Positions 37,901 through 52,380 of a stretch of DNA of 58,000 nt are shown in pieces. The notes under the pieces are model-generated. The model saw only the letters and a program-made list of their open reading frames with translations, ran no database searches and was not told the DNA's origin. Source of the DNA: Eledone cirrhosa (Eukaryota). Numbering within the stretch: the first letter of the stretch is position 1; each line of letters opens with the position of its first letter. The position numbers and the translations under genes were made by a program. The DNA lies in contig CAXHJY010001536.1 of the NCBI GenBank assembly GCA_964016885.1, forward strand, positions 1 through 58,000. Direction: 5' to 3'.

Positions 37901-40900
37901 CAGATCGATCCGACCACGGGCGGCCGGCCCGCGATTGAAAAGGTAACTCCGCCGGCAAATCGTCATTTTTGGATTCGTTTTCTTCGAAGCACACCATTCG
38001 CCGGCGGACTTTGTTGACGTTTAACACGGTTTGGTTCCACAGCCACAACTATTGAATTTACGGAGATATCTTGCTGAAATTCACGCCACACATAGCCAAT
38101 GAGTGTCTGCACATGTACCAGTAATTACAGATCGATCCGACCACGGGCGGCCGGCCCGCGATTGAAAAGGTAACTCCGCCGGCAAATCGTCATTTTTGGA
38201 TTCGTTTTCTTCGAAGCACACCATTCGCCGGCGGACTTTGTTGACGTTTAACACGGTTTGGTTCCACAGCCACAACTATTGATTTTACGGAGATATCTTG
38301 CTGAAATTCACGCCACACATAGCCAATGAGTGTCTGCACATGTACCAGTAATTACAGATCGATCCGACCACGGGCGGCCGGCCCGCGATTGAAAAGGTAA
38401 CTCCGCCGGCAAATCGTCATTTTTGGATTCGTTTTCTTCGAAGCACACCATTCGCCGGCGGACTTTGTTGACGTTTAACACGGTTTGGTTCCACAGCCAC
38501 AACTATTGATTTTACGGAGATATCTTGCTGAAATTCACGCCACACATAGCCAATGAGTGTCTGCACATGTACCAGTAATTACAGATCGATCCGACCACGG
38601 GCGGCCGGCCCGCGATTGAAAAGGTAACTCCGCCGGCAAATCGTCATTTTTGGATTCGTTTTCTTCGAAGCACACCATTCGCCGGCGGACTTTGTTGACG
38701 TTTAACACGGTTTGGTTCCACAGCCACAACTATTGATTTTACGGAGATATCTTGCTGAAATTCACGCCGCACATAGCCAATGAGTGTCTGCACATGTACC
38801 AGTAATTACAGATCGATCCGACCACGGGCGGCCGGCCCGCGATTGAAAAGGTAACTCCGCCGGCAAATCGTCATTTTTGGATTCGTTTTCTTCGAAACAC
38901 ACCATTCGCCGGCGGACTTTGTTGACGTTTAACACGGTTTGGTTCCACAGCCACAACTATTGATGTTACGGAGATATCTTGCTGGAATTCACGCCGCACA
39001 TAGCCAATGAGTGTCTACACATGTACCAGTAATTACAGATCGATCCGACCACGGGCGGCCGGCCCGCGATTTTAAAGGTAACTCCGCCGGCAAATCGTCA
39101 TTTTTGGATTCGTTTTCTTCGAAGCACACCATTCGCCGGCGGACTTTGTTGACGTTTAACACGGTTTGGTTCCACAGCCACAACTATTGATTTTACGGAG
39201 ATATCTTGCTGAAATTCACGCCGCACATAGCCAATGAGTGTCTGCACATGTACCAGTAATTACAGATCGATCCGACCACGGGCGGCCGGCCCGCGATTGA
39301 AAAGGTAACTCCGCCGGCAAATCGTCATTTTTGGATTCGTTTTCTTCGAAGCACACCATTCGCCGGCGGACTTTGTTGACGTTTAACACGGTTTGGTTCC
39401 ACAGCCACAACTATTGATTTTACGGAGATATCTTGCTGAAATTCACGCCACACATAGCCAATGAGTGTCTGCACATGTACCAGTAATTACAGATCGATCC
39501 GACCACGGGCGGCCGGCCCGCGATTGAAAAGGTAACTCCGCCGGCAAATCGTCATTTTTGGATTCGTTTTCTTCGAAGCACACCATTCGCCGGCGGACTT
39601 TGTTGACGTTTAACACGGTTTGGTTCCACAGCCACAACTATTGAATTTACGGAGATATCTTGCTGAAATTCACGCCACACATAGCCAATGAGTGTCTGCA
39701 CATGTACCAGTAATTACAGATCGATCCGACCACGGGCGGCCGGCCCGCGATTGAAAAGGTAACTCCGCCAGCAAATCGTCATTTTTGGATTCGTTTTCTT
39801 CGAAACACACCATTCGCCGGCGGACTTTGTTGACGTTTAACACGGTTTGGTTCCACAGCCACAACTATTGATGTTACGGAGATATCTTGCTGGAATTCAC
39901 GCCGCACATAGCCAATGAGTGTCTACACATGTACCAGTAATTACAGATCGATCCGACCACGGGCGGCCGGCCCGCGATTTTAAAGGTAACTCCGCCGGCA
40001 AATCGTCATTTTTGGATTCGTTTTCTTCGAAGCACACCATTCGCCGGCGGACTTTGTTGACGTTTAACACGGTTTGGTTCCACAGCCACAACTATTGATT
40101 TTACGGAGATATCTTGCTGAAATTCACGCCGCACATAGCCAATGAGTGTCTGCACATGTACCAGTAATTACAGATCGATCCGACCACGGGCGGCCGGCCC
40201 GCGATTGAAAAGGTAACTCCGCCGGCAAATCGTCATTTTTGGATTCGTTTTCTTCGAAGCACACCATTCGCCGGCGGACTTTGTTGACGTTTAACACGGT
40301 TTGGTTCCACAGCCACAACTATTGAATTTACGGAGATATCTTGCTGAAATTCACGCCACACATAGCCAATGAGTGTCTGCACATGTACCAGTAATTACAG
40401 ATCGATCCGACCACGGGCGGCCGGCCCGCGATTGAAAAGGTAACTCCGCCGGCAAATCGTCATTTTTGGATTCGTTTTCTTCGAAGCACACCATTCGCCG
40501 GCGGACTTTGTTGACGTTTAACACGGTTTGGTTCCACAGCCACAACTATTGATTTTACGGAGATATCTTGCTGAAATTCACGCCACACATAGCCAATGAG
40601 TGTCTGCACATGTACCAGTAATTACAGATCGATCCGACCACGGGCGGCCGGCCCGCGATTGAAAAGGTAACTCCGCCGGCAAATCGTCATTTTTGGATTC
40701 GTTTTCTTCGAAGCACACCATTCGCCGGCGGACTTTGTTGACGTTTAACACGGTTTGGTTCCACAGCCACAACTATTGATTTTACGGAGATATCTTGCTG
40801 AAATTCACGCCGCACATAGCCAATGAGTGTCTGCACATGTACCAGTAATTACAGATCGATCCGACCACGGGCGGCCGGCCCGCGATTGAAAAGGTAACTC

Positions 40901-43900
40901 CGCCGGCAAATCGTCATTTTTGGATTCGTTTTCTTCGAAGCACACCATTCGCCGGCGGACTTTGTTGACGTTTAACACGGTTTGGTTCCACAGCCACAAC
41001 TATTGAATTTACGGAGATATCTTGCTGAAATTCACGCCACACATAGCCAATGAGTGTCTGCACATGTACCAGTAATTACAGATCGATCCGACCACGGGCG
41101 GCCGGCCCGCGATTGAAAAGGTAACTCCGCCGGCAAATCGTCATTTTTGGATTCGTTTTCTTCGAAGCACACCATTCGCCGGCGGACTTTGTTGACGTTT
41201 AACACGGTTTGGTTCCACAGCCACAACTATTGATTTTACGGAGATATCTTGCTGAAATTCACGCCACACATAGCCAATGAGTGTCTGCACATGTACCAGT
41301 AATTACAGATCGATCCGACCACGGGCGGCCGGCCCGCGATTGAAAAGGTAACTCCGCCGGCAAATCGTCATTTTTGGATTCGTTTTCTTCGAAGCACACC
41401 ATTCGCCGGCGGACTTTGTTGACGTTTAACACGGTTTGGTTCCACAGCCACAACTATTGATTTTACGGAGATATCTTGCTGAAATTCACGCCGCACATAG
41501 CCAATGAGTGTCTGCACATGTACCAGTAATTACAGATCGATCCGACCACGGGCGGCCGGCCCGCGATTGAAAAGGTAACTCCGCCGGCAAATCGTCATTT
41601 TTGGATTCGTTTTCTTCGAAGCACACCATTCGCCGGCGGACTTTGTTGACGTTTAACACGGTTTGGTTCCACAGCCACAACTATTGAATTTACGGAGATA
41701 TCTTGCTGAAATTCACGCCACACATAGCCAATGAGTGTCTGCACATGTACCAGTAATTACAGATCGATCCGACCACGGGCGGCCGGCCCGCGATTGAAAA
41801 GGTAACTCCGCCGGCAAATCGTCATTTTTGGATTCGTTTTCTTCGAAACACACCATTCGCCGGCGGACTTTGTTGACGTTTAACACGGTTTGGTTCCACA
41901 GCCACAACTATTGATGTTACGGAGATATCTTGCTGGAATTCACGCCGCACATAGCCAATGAGTGTCTACACATGTACCAGTAATTACAGATCGATCCGAC
42001 CACGGGCGGCCGGCCCGCGATTTTAAAGGTAACTCCGCCGGCAAATCGTCATTTTTGGATTCGTTTTCTTCGAAGCACACCATTCGCCGGCGGACTTTGT
42101 TGACGTTTAACACGGTTTGGTTCCACAGCCACAACTATTGATTTTACGGAGATATCTTGCTGAAATTCACGCCGCACATAGCCAATGAGTGTCTGCACAT
42201 GTACCAGTAATTACAGATCGATCCGACCACGGGCGGCCGGCCCGCGATTGAAAAGGTAACTCCGCCGGCAAATCGTCATTTTTGGATTCGTTTTCTTCGA
42301 AGCACACCATTCGCCGGCGGACTTTGTTGACGTTTAACACGGTTTGGTTCCACAGCCACAACTATTGAATTTACGGAGATATCTTGCTGAAATTCACGCC
42401 ACACATAGCCAATGAGTGTCTGCACATGTACCAGTAATTACAGATCGATCCGACCACGGGCGGCCGGCCCGCGATTGAAAAGGTAACTCCGCCGGCAAAT
42501 CGTCATTTTTGGATTCGTTTTCTTCGAAGCACACCATTCGCCGGCGGACTTTGTTGACGTTTAACACGGTTTGGTTCCACAGCCACAACTATTGATTTTA
42601 CGGAGATATCTTGCTGAAATTCACGCCACACATAGCCAATGAGTGTCTGCACATGTACCAGTAATTACAGATCGATCCGACCACGGGCGGCCGGCCCGCG
42701 ATTGAAAAGGTAACTCCGCCGGCAAATCGTCATTTTTGGATTCGTTTTCTTCGAAGCACACCATTCGCCGGCGGACTTTGTTGACGTTTAACACGGTTTG
42801 GTTCCACAGCCACAACTATTGATTTTACGGAGATATCTTGCTGAAATTCACGCCACACATAGCCAATGAGTGTCTGCACATGTACCAGTAATTACAGATC
42901 GATCCGACCACGGGCGGCCGGCCCGCGATTGAAAAGGTAACTCCGCCGGCAAATCGTCATTTTTGGATTCGTTTTCTTCGAAGCACACCATTCGCCGGCG
43001 GACTTTGTTGACGTTTAACACGGTTTGGTTCCACAGCCACAACTATTGATTTTACGGAGATATCTTGCTGAAATTCACGCCGCACATAGCCAATGAGTGT
43101 CTGCACATGTACCAGTAATTACAGATCGATCCGACCACGGGCGGCCGGCCCGCGATTGAAAAGGTAACTCCGCCGGCAAATCGTCATTTTTGGATTCGTT
43201 TTCTTCGAAACACACCATTCGCCGGCGGACTTTGTTGACGTTTAACACGGTTTGGTTCCACAGCCACAACTATTGATGTTACGGAGATATCTTGCTGGAA
43301 TTCACGCCGCACATAGCCAATGAGTGTCTACACATGTACCAGTAATTACAGATCGATCCGACCACGGGCGGCCGGCCCGCGATTTTAAAGGTAACTCCGC
43401 CGGCAAATCGTCATTTTTGGATTCGTTTTCTTCGAAGCACACCATTCGCCGGCGGACTTTGTTGACGTTTAACACGGTTTGGTTCCACAGCCACAACTAT
43501 TGATTTTACGGAGATATCTTGCTGAAATTCACGCCGCACATAGCCAATGAGTGTCTGCACATGTACCAGTAATTACAGATCGATCCGACCACGGGCGGCC
43601 GGCCCGCGATTGAAAAGGTAACTCCGCCGGCAAATCGTCATTTTTGGATTCGTTTTCTTCGAAGCACACCATTCGCCGGCGGACTTTGTTGACGTTTAAC
43701 ACGGTTTGGTTCCACAGCCACAACTATTGATTTTACGGAGATATCTTGCTGAAATTCACGCCACACATAGCCAATGAGTGTCTGCACATGTACCAGTAAT
43801 TACAGATCGATCCGACCACGGGCGGCCGGCCCGCGATTGAAAAGGTAACTCCGCCGGCAAATCGTCATTTTTGGATTCGTTTTCTTCGAAGCACACCATT

Positions 43901-46479
43901 CGCCGGCGGACTTTGTTGACGTTTAACACGGTTTGGTTCCACAGCCACAACTATTGAATTTACGGAGATATCTTGCTGAAATTCACGCCACACATAGCCA
44001 ATGAGTGTCTGCACATGTACCAGTAATTACAGATCGATCCGACCACGGGCGGCCGGCCCGCGATTGAAAAGGTAACTCCGCCAGCAAATCGTCATTTTTG
44101 GATTCGTTTTCTTCGAAACACACCATTCGCCGGCGGACTTTGTTGACGTTTAACACGGTTTGGTTCCACAGCCACAACTATTGATGTTACGGAGATATCT
44201 TGCTGGAATTCACGCCGCACATAGCCAATGAGTGTCTACACATGTACCAGTAATTACAGATCGATCCGACCACGGGCGGCCGGCCCGCGATTTTAAAGGT
44301 AACTCCGCCGGCAAATCGTCATTTTTGGATTCGTTTTCTTCGAAACACACCATTCGCCGGCGGACTTTGTTGACGTTTAACACGGTTTGGTTCCACAGCC
44401 ACAACTATTGATGTTACGGAGATATCTTGCTGGAATTCACGCCGCACATAGCCAATGAGTGTCTACACATGTACCAGTAATTACAGATCGATCCGACCAC
44501 GGGCGGCCGGCCCGCGATTGAAAAGGTAACTCCGCCGGCAAATCGTCATTTTTGGATTCGTTTTCTTCGAAGCACACCATTCGCCGGCGGACTTTGTTGA
44601 CGTTTAACACGGTTTGGTTCCACAGCCACAACTATTGATTTTACGGAGATATCTTGCTGAAATTCACGCCACACATAGCCAATGAGTGTCTGCACATGTA
44701 CCAGTAATTACAGATCGATCCGACCACGGGCGGCCGGCCCGCGATTGAAAAGGTAACTCCGCCGGCAAATCGTCATTTTTGGATTCGTTTTCTTCGAAGC
44801 ACACCATTCGCCGGCGGACTTTGTTGACGTTTAACACGGTTTGGTTCCACAGCCACAACTATTGATTTTACGGAGATATCTTGCTGAAATTCACGCCGCA
44901 CATAGCCAATGAGTGTCTGCACATGTACCAGTAATTACAGATCGATCCGACCACGGGCGGCCGGCCCGCGATTGAAAAGGTAACTCCGCCGGCAAATCGT
45001 CATTTTTGGATTCGTTTTCTTCGAAACACACCATTCGCCGGCGGACTTTGTTGACGTTTAACACGGTTTGGTTCCACAGCCACAACTATTGATGTTACGG
45101 AGATATCTTGCTGGAATTCACGCCGCACATAGCCAATGAGTGTCTACACATGTACCAGTAATTACAGATCGATCCGACCACGGGCGGCCGGCCCGCGATT
45201 TTAAAGGTAACTCCGCCGGCAAATCGTCATTTTTGGATTCGTTTTCTTCGAAGCACACCATTCGCCGGCGGACTTTGTTGACGTTTAACACGGTTTGGTT
45301 CCACAGCCACAACTATTGATTTTACGGAGATATCTTGCTGAAATTCACGCCGCACATAGCCAATGAGTGTCTGCACATGTACCAGTAATTACAGATCGAT
45401 CCGACCACGGGCGGCCGGCCCGCGATTGAAAAGGTAACTCCGCCGGCAAATCGTCATTTTTGGATTCGTTTTCTTCGAAGCACACCATTCGCCGGCGGAC
45501 TTTGTTGACGTTTAACACGGTTTGGTTCCACAGCCACAACTATTGATTTTACGGAGATATCTTGCTGAAATTCACGCCACACATAGCCAATGAGTGTCTG
45601 CACATGTACCAGTAATTACAGATCGATCCGACCACGGGCGGCCGGCCCGCGATTGAAAAGGTAACTCCGCCGGCAAATCGTCATTTTTGGATTCGTTTTC
45701 TTCGAAGCACACCATTCGCCGGCGGACTTTGTTGACGTTTAACACGGTTTGGTTCCACAGCCACAACTATTGAATTTACGGAGATATCTTGCTGAAATTC
45801 ACGCCACACATAGCCAATGAGTGTCTGCACATGTACCAGTAATTACAGATCGATCCGACCACGGGCGGCCGGCCCGCGATTGAAAAGGTAACTCCGCCAG
45901 CAAATCGTCATTTTTGGATTCGTTTTCTTCGAAACACACCATTCGCCGGCGGACTTTGTTGACGTTTAACACGGTTTGGTTCCACAGCCACAACTATTGA
46001 TGTTACGGAGATATCTTGCTGGAATTCACGCCGCACATAGCCAATGAGTGTCTACACATGTACCAGTAATTACAGATCGATCCGACCACGGGCGGCCGGC
46101 CCGCGATTTTAAAGGTAACTCCGCCGGCAAATCGTCATTTTTGGATTCGTTTTCTTCGAAGCACACCATTCGCCGGCGGACTTTGTTGACGTTTAACACG
46201 GTTTGGTTCCACAGCCACAACTATTGATTTTACGGAGATATCTTGCTGAAATTCACGCCGCACATAGCCAATGAGTGTCTGCACATGTACCAGTAATTAC
46301 AGATCGATCCGACCACGGGCGGCCGGCCCGCGATTGAAAAGGTAACTCCGCCGGCAAATCGTCATTTTTGGATTCGTTTTCTTCGAAGCACACCATTCGC
46401 CGGCGGACTTTGTTGACGTTTAACACGGTTTGGTTCCACAGCCACAACTATTGATTTTACGGAGATATCTTGCTGAAAT

Positions 46480-49400
46480 TCACGCCACACATAGCCAATG
46501 AGTGTCTGCACATGTACCAGTAATTACAGAACGATCCGACCACGGGCGGCCGGCCCGCGATTGAAAAGGTAACTCCGCCGGCAAATCGTCATTTTTGGAT
46601 TCGTTTTCTTCGAAGCACACCATTCGCCGGCGGACTTTGTTGACGTTTAACACGGTTTGGTTCCACAGCCACAACTATTGATTTTACGGAGATATCTTGC
46701 TGAAATTCACGCCGCACATAGCCAATGAGTGTCTGCACATGTACCAGTAATTACAGATCGATCCGACCACGGGCGGCCGGCCCGCGATTGAAAAGGTAAC
46801 TCCGCCGGCAAATCGTCATTTTTGGATTCGTTTTCTTCGAAGCACACCATTCGCCGGCGGACTTTGTTGACGTTTAACACGGTTTGGTTCCACAGCCACA
46901 ACTATTGAATTTACGGAGATATCTTGCTGAAATTCACGCCACACATAGCCAATGAGTGTCTGCACATGTACCAGTAATTACAGATCGATCCGACCACGGG
47001 CGGCCGGCCCGCGATTGAAAAGGTAACTCCGCCGGCAAATCGTCATTTTTGGATTCGTTTTCTTCGAAACACACCATTCGCCGGCGGACTTTGTTGACGT
47101 TTAACACGGTTTGGTTCCACAGCCACAACTATTGATGTTACGGAGATATCTTGCTGGAATTCACGCCGCACATAGCCAATGAGTGTCTACACATGTACCA
47201 GTAATTACAGATCGATCCGACCACGGGCGGCCGGCCCGCGATTTTAAAGGTAACTCCGCCGGCAAATCGTCATTTTTGGATTCGTTTTCTTCGAAGCACA
47301 CCATTCGCCGGCGGACTTTGTTGACGTTTAACACGGTTTGGTTCCACAGCCACAACTATTGATTTTACGGAGATATCTTGCTGAAATTCACGCCGCACAT
47401 AGCCAATGAGTGTCTGCACATGTACCAGTAATTACAGATCGATCCGACCACGGGCGGCCGGCCCGCGATTGAAAAGGTAACTCCGCCGGCAAATCGTCAT
47501 TTTTGGATTCGTTTTCTTCGAAGCACACCATTCGCCGGCGGACTTTGTTGACGTTTAACACGGTTTGGTTCCACAGCCACAACTATTGAATTTACGGAGA
47601 TATCTTGCTGAAATTCACGCCACACATAGCCAATGAGTGTCTGCACATGTACCAGTAATTACAGATCGATCCGACCACGGGCGGCCGGCCCGCGATTGAA
47701 AAGGTAACTCCGCCGGCAAATCGTCATTTTTGGATTCGTTTTCTTCGAAGCACACCATTCGCCGGCGGACTTTGTTGACGTTTAACACGGTTTGGTTCCA
47801 CAGCCACAACTATTGATTTTACGGAGATATCTTGCTGAAATTCACGCCACACATAGCCAATGAGTGTCTGCACATGTACCAGTAATTACAGATCGATCCG
47901 ACCACGGGCGGCCGGCCCGCGATTGAAAAGGTAACTCCGCCGGCAAATCGTCATTTTTGGATTCGTTTTCTTCGAAGCACACCATTCGCCGGCGGACTTT
48001 GTTGACGTTTAACACGGTTTGGTTCCACAGCCACAACTATTGATTTTACGGAGATATCTTGCTGAAATTCACGCCGCACATAGCCAATGAGTGTCTGCAC
48101 ATGTACCAGTAATTACAGATCGATCCGACCACGGGCGGCCGGCCCGCGATTGAAAAGGTAACTCCGCCGGCAAATCGTCATTTTTGGATTCGTTTTCTTC
48201 GAAACACACCATTCGCCGGCGGACTTTGTTGACGTTTAACACGGTTTGGTTCCACAGCCACAACTATTGATGTTACGGAGATATCTTGCTGGAATTCACG
48301 CCGCACATAGCCAATGAGTGTCTACACATGTACCAGTAATTACAGATCGATCCGACCACGGGCGGCCGGCCCGCGATTTTAAAGGTAACTCCGCCGGCAA
48401 ATCGTCATTTTTGGATTCGTTTTCTTCGAAACACACCATTCGCCGGCGGACTTTGTTGACGTTTAACACGGTTTGGTTCCACAGCCACAACTATTGATGT
48501 TACGGAGATATCTTGCTGGAATTCACGCCGCACATAGCCAATGAGTGTCTACACATGTACCAGTAATTACAGATCGATCCGACCACGGGCGGCCGGCCCG
48601 CGATTGAAAAGGTAACTCCGCCGGCAAATCGTCATTTTTGGATTCGTTTTCTTCGAAGCACACCATTCGCCGGCGGACTTTGTTGACGTTTAACACGGTT
48701 TGGTTCCACAGCCACAACTATTGATTTTACGGAGATATCTTGCTGAAATTCACGCCACACATAGCCAATGAGTGTCTGCACATGTACCAGTAATTACAGA
48801 TCGATCCGACCACGGGCGGCCGGCCCGCGATTGAAAAGGTAACTCCGCCGGCAAATCGTCATTTTTGGATTCGTTTTCTTCGAAGCACACCATTCGCCGG
48901 CGGACTTTGTTGACGTTTAACACGGTTTGGTTCCACAGCCACAACTATTGAATTTACGGAGATATCTTGCTGAAATTCACGCCACACATAGCCAATGAGT
49001 GTCTGCACATGTACCAGTAATTACAGATCGATCCGACCACGGGCGGCCGGCCCGCGATTGAAAAGGTAACTCCGCCAGCAAATCGTCATTTTTGGATTCG
49101 TTTTCTTCGAAACACACCATTCGCCGGCGGACTTTGTTGACGTTTAACACGGTTTGGTTCCACAGCCACAACTATTGATGTTACGGAGATATCTTGCTGG
49201 AATTCACGCCGCACATAGCCAATGAGTGTCTACACATGTACCAGTAATTACAGATCGATCCGACCACGGGCGGCCGGCCCGCGATTTTAAAGGTAACTCC
49301 GCCGGCAAATCGTCATTTTTGGATTCGTTTTCTTCGAAGCACACCATTCGCCGGCGGACTTTGTTGACGTTTAACACGGTTTGGTTCCACAGCCACAACT

Positions 49401-52380
49401 ATTGATTTTACGGAGATATCTTGCTGAAATTCACGCCACACATAGCCAATGAGTGTCTGCACATGTACCAGTAATTACAGAACGATCCGACCACGGGCGG
49501 CCGGCCCGCGATTGAAAAGGTAACTCCGCCGGCAAATCGTCATTTTTGGATTCGTTTTCTTCGAAGCACACCATTCGCCGGCGGACTTTGTTGACGTTTA
49601 ACACGGTTTGGTTCCACAGCCACAACTATTGATTTTACGGAGATATCTTGCTGAAATTCACGCCGCACATAGCCAATGAGTGTCTGCACATGTACCAGTA
49701 ATTACAGATCGATCCGACCACGGGCGGCCGGCCCGCGATTGAAAAGGTAACTCCGCCGGCAAATCGTCATTTTTGGATTCGTTTTCTTCGAAGCACACCA
49801 TTCGCCGGCGGACTTTGTTGACGTTTAACACGGTTTGGTTCCACAGCCACAACTATTGAATTTACGGAGATATCTTGCTGAAATTCACGCCACACATAGC
49901 CAATGAGTGTCTGCACATGTACCAGTAATTACAGATCGATCCGACCACGGGCGGCCGGCCCGCGATTGAAAAGGTAACTCCGCCGGCAAATCGTCATTTT
50001 TGGATTCGTTTTCTTCGAAACACACCATTCGCCGGCGGACTTTGTTGACGTTTAACACGGTTTGGTTCCACAGCCACAACTATTGATGTTACGGAGATAT
50101 CTTGCTGGAATTCACGCCGCACATAGCCAATGAGTGTCTACACATGTACCAGTAATTACAGATCGATCCGACCACGGGCGGCCGGCCCGCGATTTTAAAG
50201 GTAACTCCGCCGGCAAATCGTCATTTTTGGATTCGTTTTCTTCGAAGCACACCATTCGCCGGCGGACTTTGTTGACGTTTAACACGGTTTGGTTCCACAG
50301 CCACAACTATTGATTTTACGGAGATATCTTGCTGAAATTCACGCCGCACATAGCCAATGAGTGTCTGCACATGTACCAGTAATTACAGATCGATCCGACC
50401 ACGGGCGGCCGGCCCGCGATTGAAAAGGTAACTCCGCCGGCAAATCGTCATTTTTGGATTCGTTTTCTTCGAAGCACACCATTCGCCGGCGGACTTTGTT
50501 GACGTTTAACACGGTTTGGTTCCACAGCCACAACTATTGAATTTACGGAGATATCTTGCTGAAATTCACGCCACACATAGCCAATGAGTGTCTGCACATG
50601 TACCAGTAATTACAGATCGATCCGACCACGGGCGGCCGGCCCGCGATTGAAAAGGTAACTCCGCCGGCAAATCGTCATTTTTGGATTCGTTTTCTTCGAA
50701 GCACACCATTCGCCGGCGGACTTTGTTGACGTTTAACACGGTTTGGTTCCACAGCCACAACTATTGATTTTACGGAGATATCTTGCTGAAATTCACGCCA
50801 CACATAGCCAATGAGTGTCTGCACATGTACCAGTAATTACAGATCGATCCGACCACGGGCGGCCGGCCCGCGATTGAAAAGGTAACTCCGCCGGCAAATC
50901 GTCATTTTTGGATTCGTTTTCTTCGAAGCACACCATTCGCCGGCGGACTTTGTTGACGTTTAACACGGTTTGGTTCCACAGCCACAACTATTGATTTTAC
51001 GGAGATATCTTGCTGAAATTCACGCCGCACATAGCCAATGAGTGTCTGCACATGTACCAGTAATTACAGATCGATCCGACCACGGGCGGCCGGCCCGCGA
51101 TTGAAAAGGTAACTCCGCCGGCAAATCGTCATTTTTGGATTCGTTTTCTTCGAAACACACCATTCGCCGGCGGACTTTGTTGACGTTTAACACGGTTTGG
51201 TTCCACAGCCACAACTATTGATGTTACGGAGATATCTTGCTGGAATTCACGCCGCACATAGCCAATGAGTGTCTACACATGTACCAGTAATTACAGATCG
51301 ATCCGACCACGGGCGGCCGGCCCGCGATTTTAAAGGTAACTCCGCCGGCAAATCGTCATTTTTGGATTCGTTTTCTTCGAAACACACCATTCGCCGGCGG
51401 ACTTTGTTGACGTTTAACACGGTTTGGTTCCACAGCCACAACTATTGATGTTACGGAGATATCTTGCTGGAATTCACGCCGCACATAGCCAATGAGTGTC
51501 TACACATGTACCAGTAATTACAGATCGATCCGACCACGGGCGGCCGGCCCGCGATTGAAAAGGTAACTCCGCCGGCAAATCGTCATTTTTGGATTCGTTT
51601 TCTTCGAAGCACACCATTCGCCGGCGGACTTTGTTGACGTTTAACACGGTTTGGTTCCACAGCCACAACTATTGATTTTACGGAGATATCTTGCTGAAAT
51701 TCACGCCACACATAGCCAATGAGTGTCTGCACATGTACCAGTAATTACAGATCGATCCGACCACGGGCGGCCGGCCCGCGATTGAAAAGGTAACTCCGCC
51801 GGCAAATCGTCATTTTTGGATTCGTTTTCTTCGAAGCACACCATTCGCCGGCGGACTTTGTTGACGTTTAACACGGTTTGGTTCCACAGCCACAACTATT
51901 GAATTTACGGAGATATCTTGCTGAAATTCACGCCACACATAGCCAATGAGTGTCTGCACATGTACCAGTAATTACAGATCGATCCGACCACGGGCGGCCG
52001 GCCCGCGATTGAAAAGGTAACTCCGCCAGCAAATCGTCATTTTTGGATTCGTTTTCTTCGAAACACACCATTCGCCGGCGGACTTTGTTGACGTTTAACA
52101 CGGTTTGGTTCCACAGCCACAACTATTGATGTTACGGAGATATCTTGCTGGAATTCACGCCGCACATAGCCAATGAGTGTCTACACATGTACCAGTAATT
52201 ACAGATCGATCCGACCACGGGCGGCCGGCCCGCGATTTTAAAGGTAACTCCGCCGGCAAATCGTCATTTTTGGATTCGTTTTCTTCGAAGCACACCATTC
52301 GCCGGCGGACTTTGTTGACGTTTAACACGGTTTGGTTCCACAGCCACAACTATTGATTTTACGGAGATATCTTGCTGAAA
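46480..52380. repeat. Higher-order tandem duplication of 13 monomers (period 2,951 bp)
   Basis: Variants pair at +2,951: T>A at 46531/49482, hybrid monomers at slots 48523/51474, and ccAgc monomers at slots 48977/51928. The monomer-type order is the same in both copies. Confidence 0.87.
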
